NCBI GenBank assembly: GCA_027343665.1
Contig: DAHWKL010000001.1
Span: forward strand, 386,278 to 450,277
DNA: 64,000 nt
Source: an archaeon
Lineage (GTDB): Archaea > Nanobdellota > Nanobdellia > Pacearchaeales > GW2011-AR1
Direction of reading: 5' to 3'
Below the pieces are notes generated by a model. The model did not search any database, was not told the origin of the DNA, and saw nothing but the letters and a program-made list of their open reading frames with translations. Shown piece by piece: positions 52,711 through 62,500 of this stretch. Every line of letters begins with the position of its first letter. The stretch's first letter is position 1. Both the position numbers and the translations under genes were made by a program.

Positions 52711-53349
52711 ATGTTTTGGAATTTTGGTTCAAAAAAAGGCATTGAAGAGGTGAGAAAAGAAACGAAAACAAGTTTTGAATCAGTAAAAAAAGATATTTTA
52801 TCTGTTGGGGAATGGATCAAACATCTTGACTCCGAAAAAAAAGTCCATAAACAAGATATAGAAACTTTAAAAGAAGATTTGTCGTCGTTAAAAGATGATG
52901 TTGAGGAGCTTAAAGAGATTATTTCTTCATTATCTGTTTTAAATATAAACAACCGTTTAAACAGGCCGTTTAAAACAAACAACCAAGTGTTGAATAAACA
53001 AACAACTGTTTTACCTGTTCAAACAGATGTTCAAACAGATGTTCAAACACCAAATTTAAATAACTTTTCAATTACAGAAAGGGCAATTCTGTTTGTACTT
53101 CTAAATACTGACATGAAATTGAGTTATGAAGATCTTGCAGCAATGTTAAATAAAGAAAAATCAACAATAAGGGGGCAAATAAACACGATAAAATCAAAAA
53201 GTGAGAGTTTAATTGAAGAAATTGTAGAAAAAAATGGAAAGAAAAGAGTATATATTCCGGAGGAAATTAAAGAAAAATTACTAAAAAAACAAAAAGTGAG
53301 AGTAAAAGAAACAAAAAAAAAGGAGGAAAAGCAAAAAAAAGAGAATTAA
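52711..53349 (+). CDS. Coiled-coil / VQTDVQTDVQT linker / putative C-terminal winged-helix protein with Lys-rich tail
   Basis: 212 aa. The N-terminus is heptad-rich (IETLKEDLSSLKDDVEELKEIISSL). The linker is encoded by 3 x 12-nt tandem repeats at 53017-53050. ITERAILFVLLNTDMKLSYEDLAAMLNKEKSTIRGQI reads as a possible HTH pattern. Confidence 0.5.
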   Translation: MFWNFGSKKGIEEVRKETKTSFESVKKDILSVGEWIKHLDSEKKVHKQDIETLKEDLSSLKDDVEELKEIISSLSVLNINNRLNRPFKTNNQVLNKQTTVLPVQTDVQTDVQTPNLNNFSITERAILFVLLNTDMKLSYEDLAAMLNKEKSTIRGQINTIKSKSESLIEEIVEKNGKKRVYIPEEIKEKLLKKQKVRVKETKKKEEKQKKEN

Positions 53350-53441
53350 AAAGAAAAATTTGAGAGTAAAAAGAAGAAGTGAGATTTGAAAAAAGATATT
53401 TGGTATACCGAATAACTCTTTAAAAGCAAGGCTTAAAAGAG

Positions 53442-54137
53442 TTAAAGATCAATAAGTTTGAGAATAGTACTTAAAGGGGCTAGTTTCTTCAAATTTGGAG
53501 ATATAAAAAGATGAACTTCCTTATTATTCACTTTAGATTTATCAAGAGGGATTCCTTTTAAAAGAAGCCTACGAACATAATCCCTTATCGAACTTTCAGA
53601 GATATTTAATTTTGCTGAAAGAGTCCTGTAATCACAAAAACCTTTTTCCTCTTCCAATTGATATATCGTCGAAAAAACAACAACTTCTTGATCAGTTAAT
53701 CGTTTAAATTTTAACCTGATCTCTTTTTTTATACTATCTAAAGAATCTATTAATTCTGAGGCGGTTTTAAAAGAATCAGCAGGGGTTTTTTCTCCTTTAA
53801 ACAAAGTGTTTTCTCCTTGTTGGTCTGTTTGTCTGTCTGTCTGTCTGTTTGTCTGAACCCCTTCATTTCCTTTGGAAATACCCATATTTTGGTCTTTTTG
53901 AGGCTTAAAAAGATTATTTTCCGTCTGAAAAAGTACTTTTTCCGCTTCGATTTTTTGCATTTCTGTCTTAGTCATGCTCAAAAAAGCTATTTTGTTATTA
54001 ATAGAAATCACTGCCCTTCCCAGGTTAATAAAGCTCTCTTGCAAAAGATTAAACTCTTCTCTTAAGGAGAGCATTTCTTCGTTTAGAGAAGAAAGCTCTT
54101 CTCTTATATGATCAAAAGCCTCTTTTATTTCATCCAT
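53442..54137 (-). CDS. Coiled-coil / QTNRQTDRQTDQQ linker / putative C-terminal winged-helix protein (paralog of 52711-53349)
   Basis: 231 aa with the same three-part architecture. The linker is encoded by the (GTCT)n-rich stretch at 53821-53859. LTDQEVVVFSTIYQLEEEKGFCDYRTLSAKLNISESSIRDYVRRLLLKGI reads as a possible HTH pattern. Confidence 0.5.
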   Translation of the reverse strand: MDEIKEAFDHIREELSSLNEEMLSLREEFNLLQESFINLGRAVISINNKIAFLSMTKTEMQKIEAEKVLFQTENNLFKPQKDQNMGISKGNEGVQTNRQTDRQTDQQGENTLFKGEKTPADSFKTASELIDSLDSIKKEIRLKFKRLTDQEVVVFSTIYQLEEEKGFCDYRTLSAKLNISESSIRDYVRRLLLKGIPLDKSKVNNKEVHLFISPNLKKLAPLSTILKLIDL

Positions 54138-54190
54138 AGATATTAAGAACCTAATGAGTTTAAAAAAATTAAGATATTGGAGAAGAGATA

Positions 54191-54460
54191 TTAGTTTTGA
54201 ATTTTCCTGTAAAAGTCATAAGTTCCAGAAGAAAGTTTCCATCTTGACCGTCGAGAATAGGCCACCCCTAAAGGATTTTTCTTTATTTCCACAATCAACC
54301 CTTTTTCTTTCAGACCTTCAAGGATTTCTTTTACAAATTCCTCGTCTCTCGCGACTTCTTTAGCTATATAGGAAGTAAACTGCGCTAGAGGATTTTTTTG
54401 GTAAAGAAAAGCTAATATCTGTTCCGCAATCTTGTCTTTCTTTTCTTTTGAAATAATCAT
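54191..54460 (-). CDS. Small putative winged-helix DNA-binding protein
   Basis: 89 aa. ILAFLYQKNPLAQFTSYIAKEVARDEEFVKEILEGLKEKGLIVE reads as a possible HTH pattern. Confidence 0.5.
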   Translation of the reverse strand: MIISKEKKDKIAEQILAFLYQKNPLAQFTSYIAKEVARDEEFVKEILEGLKEKGLIVEIKKNPLGVAYSRRSRWKLSSGTYDFYRKIQN

Positions 54461-54512
54461 TTAAATAAAAAAACAAGAAGATTTAATAAATTATTGAAGA
54501 ATATTTAAAAGA

Positions 54513-54917
54513 TCATTCTTTTTTTGGAATTTCAAGGGAGGGCATTTGAAAGTGAGTAGGTAACCCCAATTCATCTTCAATTTGAATGGCTTTTATATTT
54601 GCTTTAAGCATAATTCCATTGAAGATACCTACCTTAAAGGGGTCTTTTAGGTTCCGTTTCCCCCAAGATTTTAGGATTTCTTCTGCCGATTTCTCATCCG
54701 TAGAGATAATAATATTTCCTTCTAGCTCAATTCTGGCAATCTTCTTTGAATAATCTATAATATAAGAAAAAGCAACATTGAGGAATTTCTCCTCCCCTTC
54801 AAAAGAGTTTTCTTCGATAGATTTAATGTTAATGGAAGTTTCTATTTTGAGATCAGACAAATTTGCAGGGAACCTTTCTGCATGGATTTTTGTCAAATTA
54901 AAACCAATAAGTTTCAT
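54513..54917 (-). CDS. Hypothetical protein (134 aa)
   Basis: ATG-initiated ORF with no recognisable motif. Confidence 0.35.
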   Translation of the reverse strand: MKLIGFNLTKIHAERFPANLSDLKIETSINIKSIEENSFEGEEKFLNVAFSYIIDYSKKIARIELEGNIIISTDEKSAEEILKSWGKRNLKDPFKVGIFNGIMLKANIKAIQIEDELGLPTHFQMPSLEIPKKE

Positions 54918-54970
54918 ATTCCCTCTAAAAACAAGTTCTTTTTAAAGATTTGCATAAAAAATTAATCAAA

Positions 54971-55231
54971 TTACATTAAATCTTCTTCAGAAACAACAAC
55001 AAAATCACCTATTGCAATAATAGAAGAATAAGGGATAAGAAATTCATTAGATTCAGATACCTCAAGATTAAGGTTCTTAACATAAACAGTAGAGTCTTTT
55101 ACCACGAGATTAATCAGTTCGCCCGATCTTGTTTCAAAAGTAACATCTTTTACAAAACCTAATCTTTTTCCCTCTTTTGTCACAATCATTTTCCCCAAAA
55201 TCGAATTAAAAATGATTTTTTCCGTTTGCAT
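54971..55231 (-). CDS. PRC-barrel domain protein
   Basis: 86 aa. GKMIVTKEGKRLGFVKDVTFETRSGELINLVV is a typical PRC-barrel pattern. Confidence 0.55.
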   Translation of the reverse strand: MQTEKIIFNSILGKMIVTKEGKRLGFVKDVTFETRSGELINLVVKDSTVYVKNLNLEVSESNEFLIPYSSIIAIGDFVVVSEEDLM

Positions 55232-55438
55232 ATCTTTTTTAGAGATAATTTATTTATAAAGTTATCTAAACTAAAAAATAACCTTCTTTGCAGATTAAGC
55301 TGAAAAATTTTAAAAAGAAGATTAGGGATAAAATTATTTTGTTAAGAAGGATGTTACTTTTAAATTAAATAAAAAATATATAAAGAATATTCATTTAAGA
55401 ATGAAATAGAATAAAGTGAGAGGCAGAAAAAGAGGCCT

Positions 55439-55797
55439 GACACCTTTATTTCCTTTGGAAACTTCTTTTATTTAACTTTTGAATTTTTGTCTTTTGTTAT
55501 TTATTTAAAAAATTTTATATTATCTAATATATAATAATATAATATATAATATCTTTCAATTTATAATATATCTTAATCCATTTTATCTATTTCAATATTT
55601 ATATATAAATTTTATATAAAATATTTAAGAAATAATTTATTTTGATTTTATTCTCTTTTTTAGCTAAAATTTTCATTTCCATTAGAAATGGAGGTGTTTT
55701 TCTTTTTTAGTAGTCATAATCTTTTATATAATGTTTCCTTTTCCCCCCGTTGAGGATTAGCTTTACGGGAAAGAGTTCCATGGGAAATAAACGTGTC
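55439..55797. other. Predicted chromosomal replication origin (oriC): inverted ORB boxes flanking an AT-rich unwinding element
   Basis: ORB1 (minus, 55439-55462) reads GTTTCCAAAGGAAATAAAGGTGTC. ORB2 (plus, 55677-55697) reads TTCCATTAGAAATGGAGGTGT. ORB3 (plus, 55776-55797) reads TTCCATGGGAAATAAACGTGTC. About 210 bp of almost pure A/T lie between ORB1 and ORB2. The locus is directly upstream of orc1/cdc6. Confidence 0.7.
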
Positions 55798-55842
55798 CCT
55801 TTTTGGCTTTCTCGAGAGTAAAAGCAAGGAGGAAAATGAAAT

Positions 55843-57060
55843 ATGTTAGGAGAACTAGATGAGATTTTTGATTCTTTTGATGAGAATAATGTCTTTAAGG
55901 ATAAATCTCTCCTGCAATCAAATTATATGCCTGAAGAGATTCCCCATCGTGAGAAAGAAATGAAACAAATTGCTTCAATTCTTGCTCCTCTGTTAAGAGG
56001 TGAAAAAACCAGCAATCTTTTCCTTTATGGAAATACCGGAACCGGAAAAACACTTTCAATTCTTAAAGTACAGGAAGCGCTGGAGAAAAGAATGCAAAAA
56101 AATACAGATTCAGGTTTTGAACTAAAAATACAATATTTGAATTGCAAACTAAAGCAAGTCGCAGATACAGAATATAGAATTCTTGCAGAAATAATTAAAC
56201 AACTGGGAGGGGAGGTTCCCGCAACGGGCTTGCCAACACAGGCGGTATATAGTAAATTTATCGAATTGATAGAAAAGAAAAAACAGATAATTGTTTTAGT
56301 CCTTGATGAAATAGACCAGCTTGTAAAAAAAATTTCGAATAATTTTTTATATAATCTGACAAGACTAAATTTTGAGCTTTCGAAATCTCAAATCTCTCTC
56401 GTGGGGATTTCGAATGACCTTACTTTTCTAGAAAATATTGATCCCAGAGTAAAGAGCTCACTTTCGGAGGAGGAAATTGTTTTTTCTCCTTATAATGCAG
56501 TTCAAATACAGGATATACTTTCAAAGAGGGTTCAAGGAGCTTTCAAAGAGAGTGTCCTTGGTAATGGGGTGATCGCAAAATGTGCCGCTTATGCTGCAAG
56601 AGAATCTGGAGATGCCAGGAGAGCACTGGATCTTTTGAGAGTTGCAGGGGAACTTGCAGAAAGAGAAGGTGAGAAAAAAGTAACTTTAAAGCACATTGAT
56701 GAAGCGAAAAATAAGATAGAGAGAGATAAAATCCTGGATGTAATTACAAATCATCCAAAACAATTTCAAATGGTGTTAAATTCAATTATAATCCTTTCAG
56801 AAGAAAAGAAAGACACACCTCTCTTTACAGGGGATGTTTATTCTCACTATCAAAAGTTTTGTAATTTATATAAGGTTGAACCTCTGACTCAAAGAAGAGT
56901 TGGTGATATAATACAGGAGTTTGACATGTTGGGAATCATCAATGTAAGGGTTATCTCCAAAGGCAGAGGGGGGAGAATGAGAGAGATAAAACTTATCCTA
57001 TCCGGTCCTGTTTTAAATAAATCTAAAGAGATTTTACAAGGTAGCCTTATCTATTCCTAA
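55843..57060 (+). CDS. cdc6: Orc1/Cdc6 replication initiator
   Basis: 405 aa with an AAA+ Walker A (LYGNTGTGKT), Walker B (VLVLDEID) and a C-terminal winged helix. AGGAGG SD upstream. Confidence 0.9.
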   Translation: MLGELDEIFDSFDENNVFKDKSLLQSNYMPEEIPHREKEMKQIASILAPLLRGEKTSNLFLYGNTGTGKTLSILKVQEALEKRMQKNTDSGFELKIQYLNCKLKQVADTEYRILAEIIKQLGGEVPATGLPTQAVYSKFIELIEKKKQIIVLVLDEIDQLVKKISNNFLYNLTRLNFELSKSQISLVGISNDLTFLENIDPRVKSSLSEEEIVFSPYNAVQIQDILSKRVQGAFKESVLGNGVIAKCAAYAARESGDARRALDLLRVAGELAEREGEKKVTLKHIDEAKNKIERDKILDVITNHPKQFQMVLNSIIILSEEKKDTPLFTGDVYSHYQKFCNLYKVEPLTQRRVGDIIQEFDMLGIINVRVISKGRGGRMREIKLILSGPVLNKSKEILQGSLIYS

Positions 57061-57076
57061 ACTTTACTAAAATAAG

Positions 57077-58696
57077 ATGAATCAGGAAGAAATTCAAAGA
57101 ATCTGCATAGAAAAAGACATACTCTTAGATGCAGCCCTTTTGAATCTTTTTTCTTCTTTTCAGAATGTCTCTCTTCTTGAAAGTTTTCTCGAAAAACTAA
57201 AGATCTCACTTGGAAAGAAATTCATAACCCTTTCTTTGATGAAAAAAAATTTAGATAAAGTTAATAAGTTTACCCAAGAAATTTTTCCGGAAGAGGACCC
57301 GGAAAGGGAGAAGATATGCTCGGAATTTGATCTTAAATCAAATTCTATTGCAAAGCCCTCACCCCAAAAGGAATCAATTCAGAGGAAAGTTAGAGTTCTC
57401 TATTCTTTTTATAAATCAGACAAAAAGCCAGAGATCAAGGACTTTGTGAACTATTTTCGGGGGAGATACGAGCTATTGAAAAATATCCTTGAAACAAACT
57501 CTGAGCTTGAAAACTTAGTTTCCATAAATAAAATTTCAGGAGAAAAACAGAAGTTCTCTGTTATAGGGATAGTTTCGAATAAACAAGTTACGAAGAATAA
57601 AAATCTCATATTTGAAATAGAAGACTTGACAGGAAAAATGAAGATACTCATAAGTGCGAGTAAAGAAGATCTTTTAAAAGAAGCGGAAGAAATAACTCTT
57701 GATTCGGTGCTTGGTTTTCAGGGTACGGGCAGTAAAGAAATGCTTTTTGTAAATAAAATAATCTTTCCCGAAGCGGTTCTTCCAGAGAGAAAAAAATCTG
57801 ATGTAGAAGAATATGCTCTCTTTACAGGAGATCTTCATTATGGAAGTAAGAAATTCCTTGAAAAGGATTTCCTTAAATTCATCGATTATATTAATGGGAA
57901 AGTGGAAGGAACCCCCGAAGCAAAAAAGATAAAATATCTCTTTATTGTAGGAGATTTAGTAACTGGAGTGGGAAATTATCCAAATCAAGAGCCTGATCTT
58001 AAGGTTGTTGACCTGGAGGCACAATTTCAGGGTGTTGCAAACCTCCTTTCAACAATAAGAAAAGACATCACTATCATAATTTCTCCTGGAAATCATGATG
58101 GAGTTCGTATAGCAGAGCCGCAGCCCCCTCTTGATGAGAGATATGCTTGGCCCCTTTATGAAATGGAGAATGTTATCTTAACGGGAAATCCTGCAATAGT
58201 TAGCCTCGGGAAGAGCGAGTCTTTTGATGGGTTTAATGTTCTTCTATATCATGGCTTTCCTTTTCCATTCTATGCGAATGTGATCCCTTCTTTGATTGCT
58301 GAAAAAGCGATGAATCAGCCGGAAAAGATTATGAAATACCTTTTAAAGAATCGGCACCTTTCCCCGACGCATTCTTCCGGACAGTATATTCCTCTTGAAA
58401 ATGATCCTCTTGTTATAAGAGAAGCGCCGGATATGTTCCTCTCAGGTCACACTCACAAAAGTGGAGTTACATATTTTAATAATATCCTTATTGTTTCATC
58501 TTCAAGCTGGGAGGGATTTACACCATATCAGGAAAAGTTTGGAAATACCCCTGATCACTGCAAAGTTCCAATGATGAATTTAAAGACCAGGCAAATAAAA
58601 ATTCTTGATTTTGAAACAGGGGAAGATGAAGTGAGATTATATCATGATGAAGAAGTTCCTAAAGAAGGCAATGAAGCAGGAAAAACAAAAATTTGA
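57077..58696 (+). CDS. DNA polymerase D small subunit (DP1, 3'-5' exonuclease)
   Basis: 539 aa with an OB region and calcineurin-like phosphoesterase motifs (GDLHYGS, GDLVTG, PGNHD, GHTH). Confidence 0.85.
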   Translation: MNQEEIQRICIEKDILLDAALLNLFSSFQNVSLLESFLEKLKISLGKKFITLSLMKKNLDKVNKFTQEIFPEEDPEREKICSEFDLKSNSIAKPSPQKESIQRKVRVLYSFYKSDKKPEIKDFVNYFRGRYELLKNILETNSELENLVSINKISGEKQKFSVIGIVSNKQVTKNKNLIFEIEDLTGKMKILISASKEDLLKEAEEITLDSVLGFQGTGSKEMLFVNKIIFPEAVLPERKKSDVEEYALFTGDLHYGSKKFLEKDFLKFIDYINGKVEGTPEAKKIKYLFIVGDLVTGVGNYPNQEPDLKVVDLEAQFQGVANLLSTIRKDITIIISPGNHDGVRIAEPQPPLDERYAWPLYEMENVILTGNPAIVSLGKSESFDGFNVLLYHGFPFPFYANVIPSLIAEKAMNQPEKIMKYLLKNRHLSPTHSSGQYIPLENDPLVIREAPDMFLSGHTHKSGVTYFNNILIVSSSSWEGFTPYQEKFGNTPDHCKVPMMNLKTRQIKILDFETGEDEVRLYHDEEVPKEGNEAGKTKI

Positions 58697-59525
58697 AATA
58701 GGTTATGGAACGAGTGGAAATCCACCAAATTTTTTCAAATCAAAGTTTGGAAAAAAAAGGATAAATGCAGTAGAATGGATAAATTCAATAGGGCTTAATT
58801 CTTATGAATATCTCATGACTTACGGAGCAAGGACCCGACCGGAAGCCGCGAGAGAAATTGGGGAAAAGGCAAGAATCTTTGGAGTCTCACTTTCGGTTCA
58901 TGCTCCATATTATATTGTTTTCACTTCGGACAAAAAAGGGGTTTTTGAAAATTCTGTAAAAGAGATGGTAAAAACCCTAAGGCTTGCAGAGATTATGGGT
59001 GCAAAAAAAATAATTTTTCACCCCGGATTTAATAATTCCCCCAACCCAGTAGATAAAATTGTAAAAGGGATAAAAGAGGTAAAAAAGAAATATCACGGGC
59101 CTGTGAAAATTCTTCCTGAAACTATGGGTAAGTTTTCCCAAGTCGGAAGTGTTGATGAAATCCTTGAAATCTGTGAGAGGACAGGATGTGAACCCTGTCT
59201 TGACTTTGGCCACATACATGCTCGCGGGGGTTCTTTAAAATCTCCTGAAGATTTCAGAAAACTTATAGTAAAGATTAAAAATAAGATTGGGGTAAAAAAA
59301 TTGCGCGAAGTCCACTGTCACTTTTATCCTGTAGAATTTGATGATAAAGGTGAAAAAAGGCACAGGGCTTATTTTGAAGAGGATTATTTCCCTAAATTTG
59401 AGCATTTTCTTCCTGTGATTAAAGAATTCAATTTGACTCCCACTCTTATATCCGAATCAAGAGATAGTCAAGATGGCGGTGCCCTCTACATGAAAAGGAT
59501 GGTAAATAAATTAAATGAAAACTGA
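58644..59525 (+). CDS. nfo: AP endonuclease family 2 / endonuclease IV-like TIM-barrel protein
   Basis: Motifs SVHAPYYI, IFHPG, LPETMGK and CLDFGHIHARG. The start is uncertain (ATGs at 58644/58647/58671, all overlapping the DP1 3' end). Confidence 0.6.
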   Translation: MMKKFLKKAMKQEKQKFEIGYGTSGNPPNFFKSKFGKKRINAVEWINSIGLNSYEYLMTYGARTRPEAAREIGEKARIFGVSLSVHAPYYIVFTSDKKGVFENSVKEMVKTLRLAEIMGAKKIIFHPGFNNSPNPVDKIVKGIKEVKKKYHGPVKILPETMGKFSQVGSVDEILEICERTGCEPCLDFGHIHARGGSLKSPEDFRKLIVKIKNKIGVKKLREVHCHFYPVEFDDKGEKRHRAYFEEDYFPKFEHFLPVIKEFNLTPTLISESRDSQDGGALYMKRMVNKLNEN

Positions 59526-62500
59526 AAATTATTTCAAAACTCTGAAAAGTAAGATTGATAATATCTATTCAGTTGCAACTCTTGCACGTACAAAGGGCTT
59601 TGATCCGGTGGATAGTGTCGAGATACCTCTCGCGACAAGCATGGCTGAAAAAGTTGTGGGATTAATCTCTACAATTTATCCTCAAATGCAAGGTTCCGGG
59701 ATTTCAGAGAGAATACTTAATCTCGAGAAAGAATTTGGAAAACTTGACCCGACCGTAATCTTTAAAATTGCTGAAGAGGTCTCAGACCAAAAATTCTGCA
59801 AATTTCCTACGGTCTTAGAAGCAATGGATGCAGGGATAAGAGTGGGCCTTGCATATATCACATTAGGGGTTGTGTCGAGTCCTATTGAAGGATATACAGG
59901 TCTTGAATTGGGGAAGACACGTGATGGAAAAGATTATATCATTGCAAATTTCTCTGGCCCTATTCGTTCTGCCGGAACTACTGCTTCTTGTATTGCTCTC
60001 ATGCTTATAGATTTTATGCGAGAAAAATTCGGGTTTGCAAAATATGACCCTACTGAAAAAGAAGTCAAGAGGGTTTGGACTGAATTATCAGACTTTCATG
60101 AAAGGATTACAAATCTTCAATATATGCCGACTGAAGAGGAAGCACTTTTTCTTGCTAAAAATATGCCTTTTCAAGTTGCGGGTGAACCTTCAGAACGACT
60201 TGAAGTCTCAAATTACAAGAATCTTGAAAGAGTCAATACTAATTTTTTGAGGAGCGGTTTTTGTCTTGTTATGGCAGAAGGTCTCGCACAAAAAGCATCG
60301 AAAGGACTTCGACTCCTGAATCAAGCAAAGAAGAATGGCATAAAATCGACGGGATTTGACTGGCTTAAAGAATATAATGAAATTCATGAGAAAAGAACGC
60401 TCGGAAAAGACGAAAGCCACAATTCTCCTACGTATATAAAAGACCTTGTTGCAGGGAGACCTGTATTCGGGCATCCTTCCCGTTCAGGGGGTTTCAGATT
60501 CAGATATGGTAGGGGACGTTCTTCAGGATTCAGTGCAGTTTCGGTTCATCCTGCCACAATGGCAATAACAGATGATTTTATTGCTATAGGGACGCAACTC
60601 AAGATAGAAAAACCTACAAAAGGCTGTGCAGTAACCACTTGTGATGAAATTGAAGGGCCCATCGTGAAGCTGAAAAATGGAAGTGTGCTTCAAATTAAGG
60701 ATAAAGATGAAGCAAGAAAAATTTATCCAGAGGTAGAAGAAATCATTTATCTGGGAGATATCTTATTTCCTTTCTCAGATCTCCTAAACAGAAATGCTCA
60801 ACTAATAAAGCCAGGTTATGTAGAGGAATGGTGGTTCAAAGATTTAAAAGAAAAAGGGTTTGAAGGGTCTCTTGATTATTATAAAGTTTCTATTGACGAT
60901 GCAATAAAACTAAGCGAGAAATATCATATTCCCCTTCACCCAAAGTATATCTTTTATTGGAAAGAAATATCCCCCGAGGAGTTTTTTGGGCTCATCTCTT
61001 GGCTTAAATCTTCCTGGTTGGACTCTGAATTAGTTCTTCCCTGGTCAAAAAGTGACAGAGAAAAATTTGCATTAGGTAAAAGGGCGCTTGAGCTTTTGGG
61101 TGTTCCTCATAGAGTAAATATAGAAACCATTGTTTTAGATAAATCTATCACTCGGGCTTTTCTTCTTAACTTGGGCCTTATTGATAAGGTTCCGGAAGGG
61201 AAACTTTTCCTTAAAGATTCAGTTTCAGATAAATTCGATTCTCAGAAAACTATTTTGGAGATTGTTAACTCTTTGTCCCATTTAATTATAAAAGATAAAT
61301 CGGGAGAGTTCATTGGTACAAGGATGGGAAGGCCGGAAAAAGCGAAAGTAAGAAAGCTTACGGGAAGTCCAAATGTGCTTTTTCCGGTAGGAGAAGAAGG
61401 CGGAAGATTAAGAAGTGTTGAAGCTGCATGCAAACTGGGCTATGTTAATGGTTCTTTCCCTCTTTATTATTGTGACAAATGTGCAAGTGAAACAATCTAC
61501 AAAGTGTGTGAAAATTGTGGAGAAAGAACAAGAAAGAAATATTACTTCTATGATATAAAAGAAAAATCTTTCGAAAGCAAAATTGAATATTCACAAAAAG
61601 AAGGGCTTCCATATTGTAATCAAAAATTAGATATTGAACATTATTTTAACCGAGCCAAAGAAAAACTTGGTTGGATAAAAGACAATCTTCCGCCGCTCAT
61701 AAAAGGTGTGAGGGGACTTAGTTCTGAATCTAAGATCCCAGAGAATCTTGTAAAAGGAATCTTACGTGCGAAGCATAATCTCCAAGTAAATAAAGATGGG
61801 ACTATAAGAATGGATGCGACCGAATTGCCTCTTGTTTCTTTTAAACCAAAAGAGATCGGGGCGAGTGTTGAAAAACTCAATGAAATGGGATATGATGAGG
61901 ACATTCACGGGAACCCCCTCATAGATGAAGATCAAATTGTTGAGCTGATGCCTCATGATGTGTTAATTCCCAGCTCTTCCGAGACCCCTGATGAGAAAGG
62001 AGAGGATGTATTCATAAAGATATGCAAATTTACTGATGATCTTCTTGTTAATCTATACGGGCTTCCTCCTTATTATAATGTTAAGAAACGTGAAGATCTC
62101 ATAGGAACTCTTGGTGTTTGTATGGCCCCCCACAATTGTGCGGGAGTGGTGTGTAGATTCATTGGTTTTTCGAATACCCTGGGACTCTTTGCCAGTCCTT
62201 ACATGCATGCAGCGATAAGAAGAGATTGTGATGGTGATGAAGCTGCAATAATGCTTTTAGGAGATGTTCTTCTTAATTTCTCAAGGAAATTTCTTCCAAG
62301 CCATAGGGGTGGGAATCAAGATGCACCTCTAGTTTTGAATTCAAAAATTGATGCGGGAGAGGTTGATGATCAAATTCTGGACTTCGAAGCGGTAAGTGAA
62401 TATCCTCTTGAACTTTATCATCTTGCCGAAGAAAAAGTCCACTCTTCAAAAGCAAGTGTTCTTACTATAAGGAAAATTTTAAAGGAAGGGGGTGATCCTT

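Noticed and set aside
52529-53050. Tandem 10-nt and 12-nt repeats considered as a CRISPR-like array.
   Set aside because: The units are contiguous with no spacers and are far shorter than CRISPR repeats. One set lies inside a coding sequence and encodes VQTD repeats. No cas genes are present in the window.
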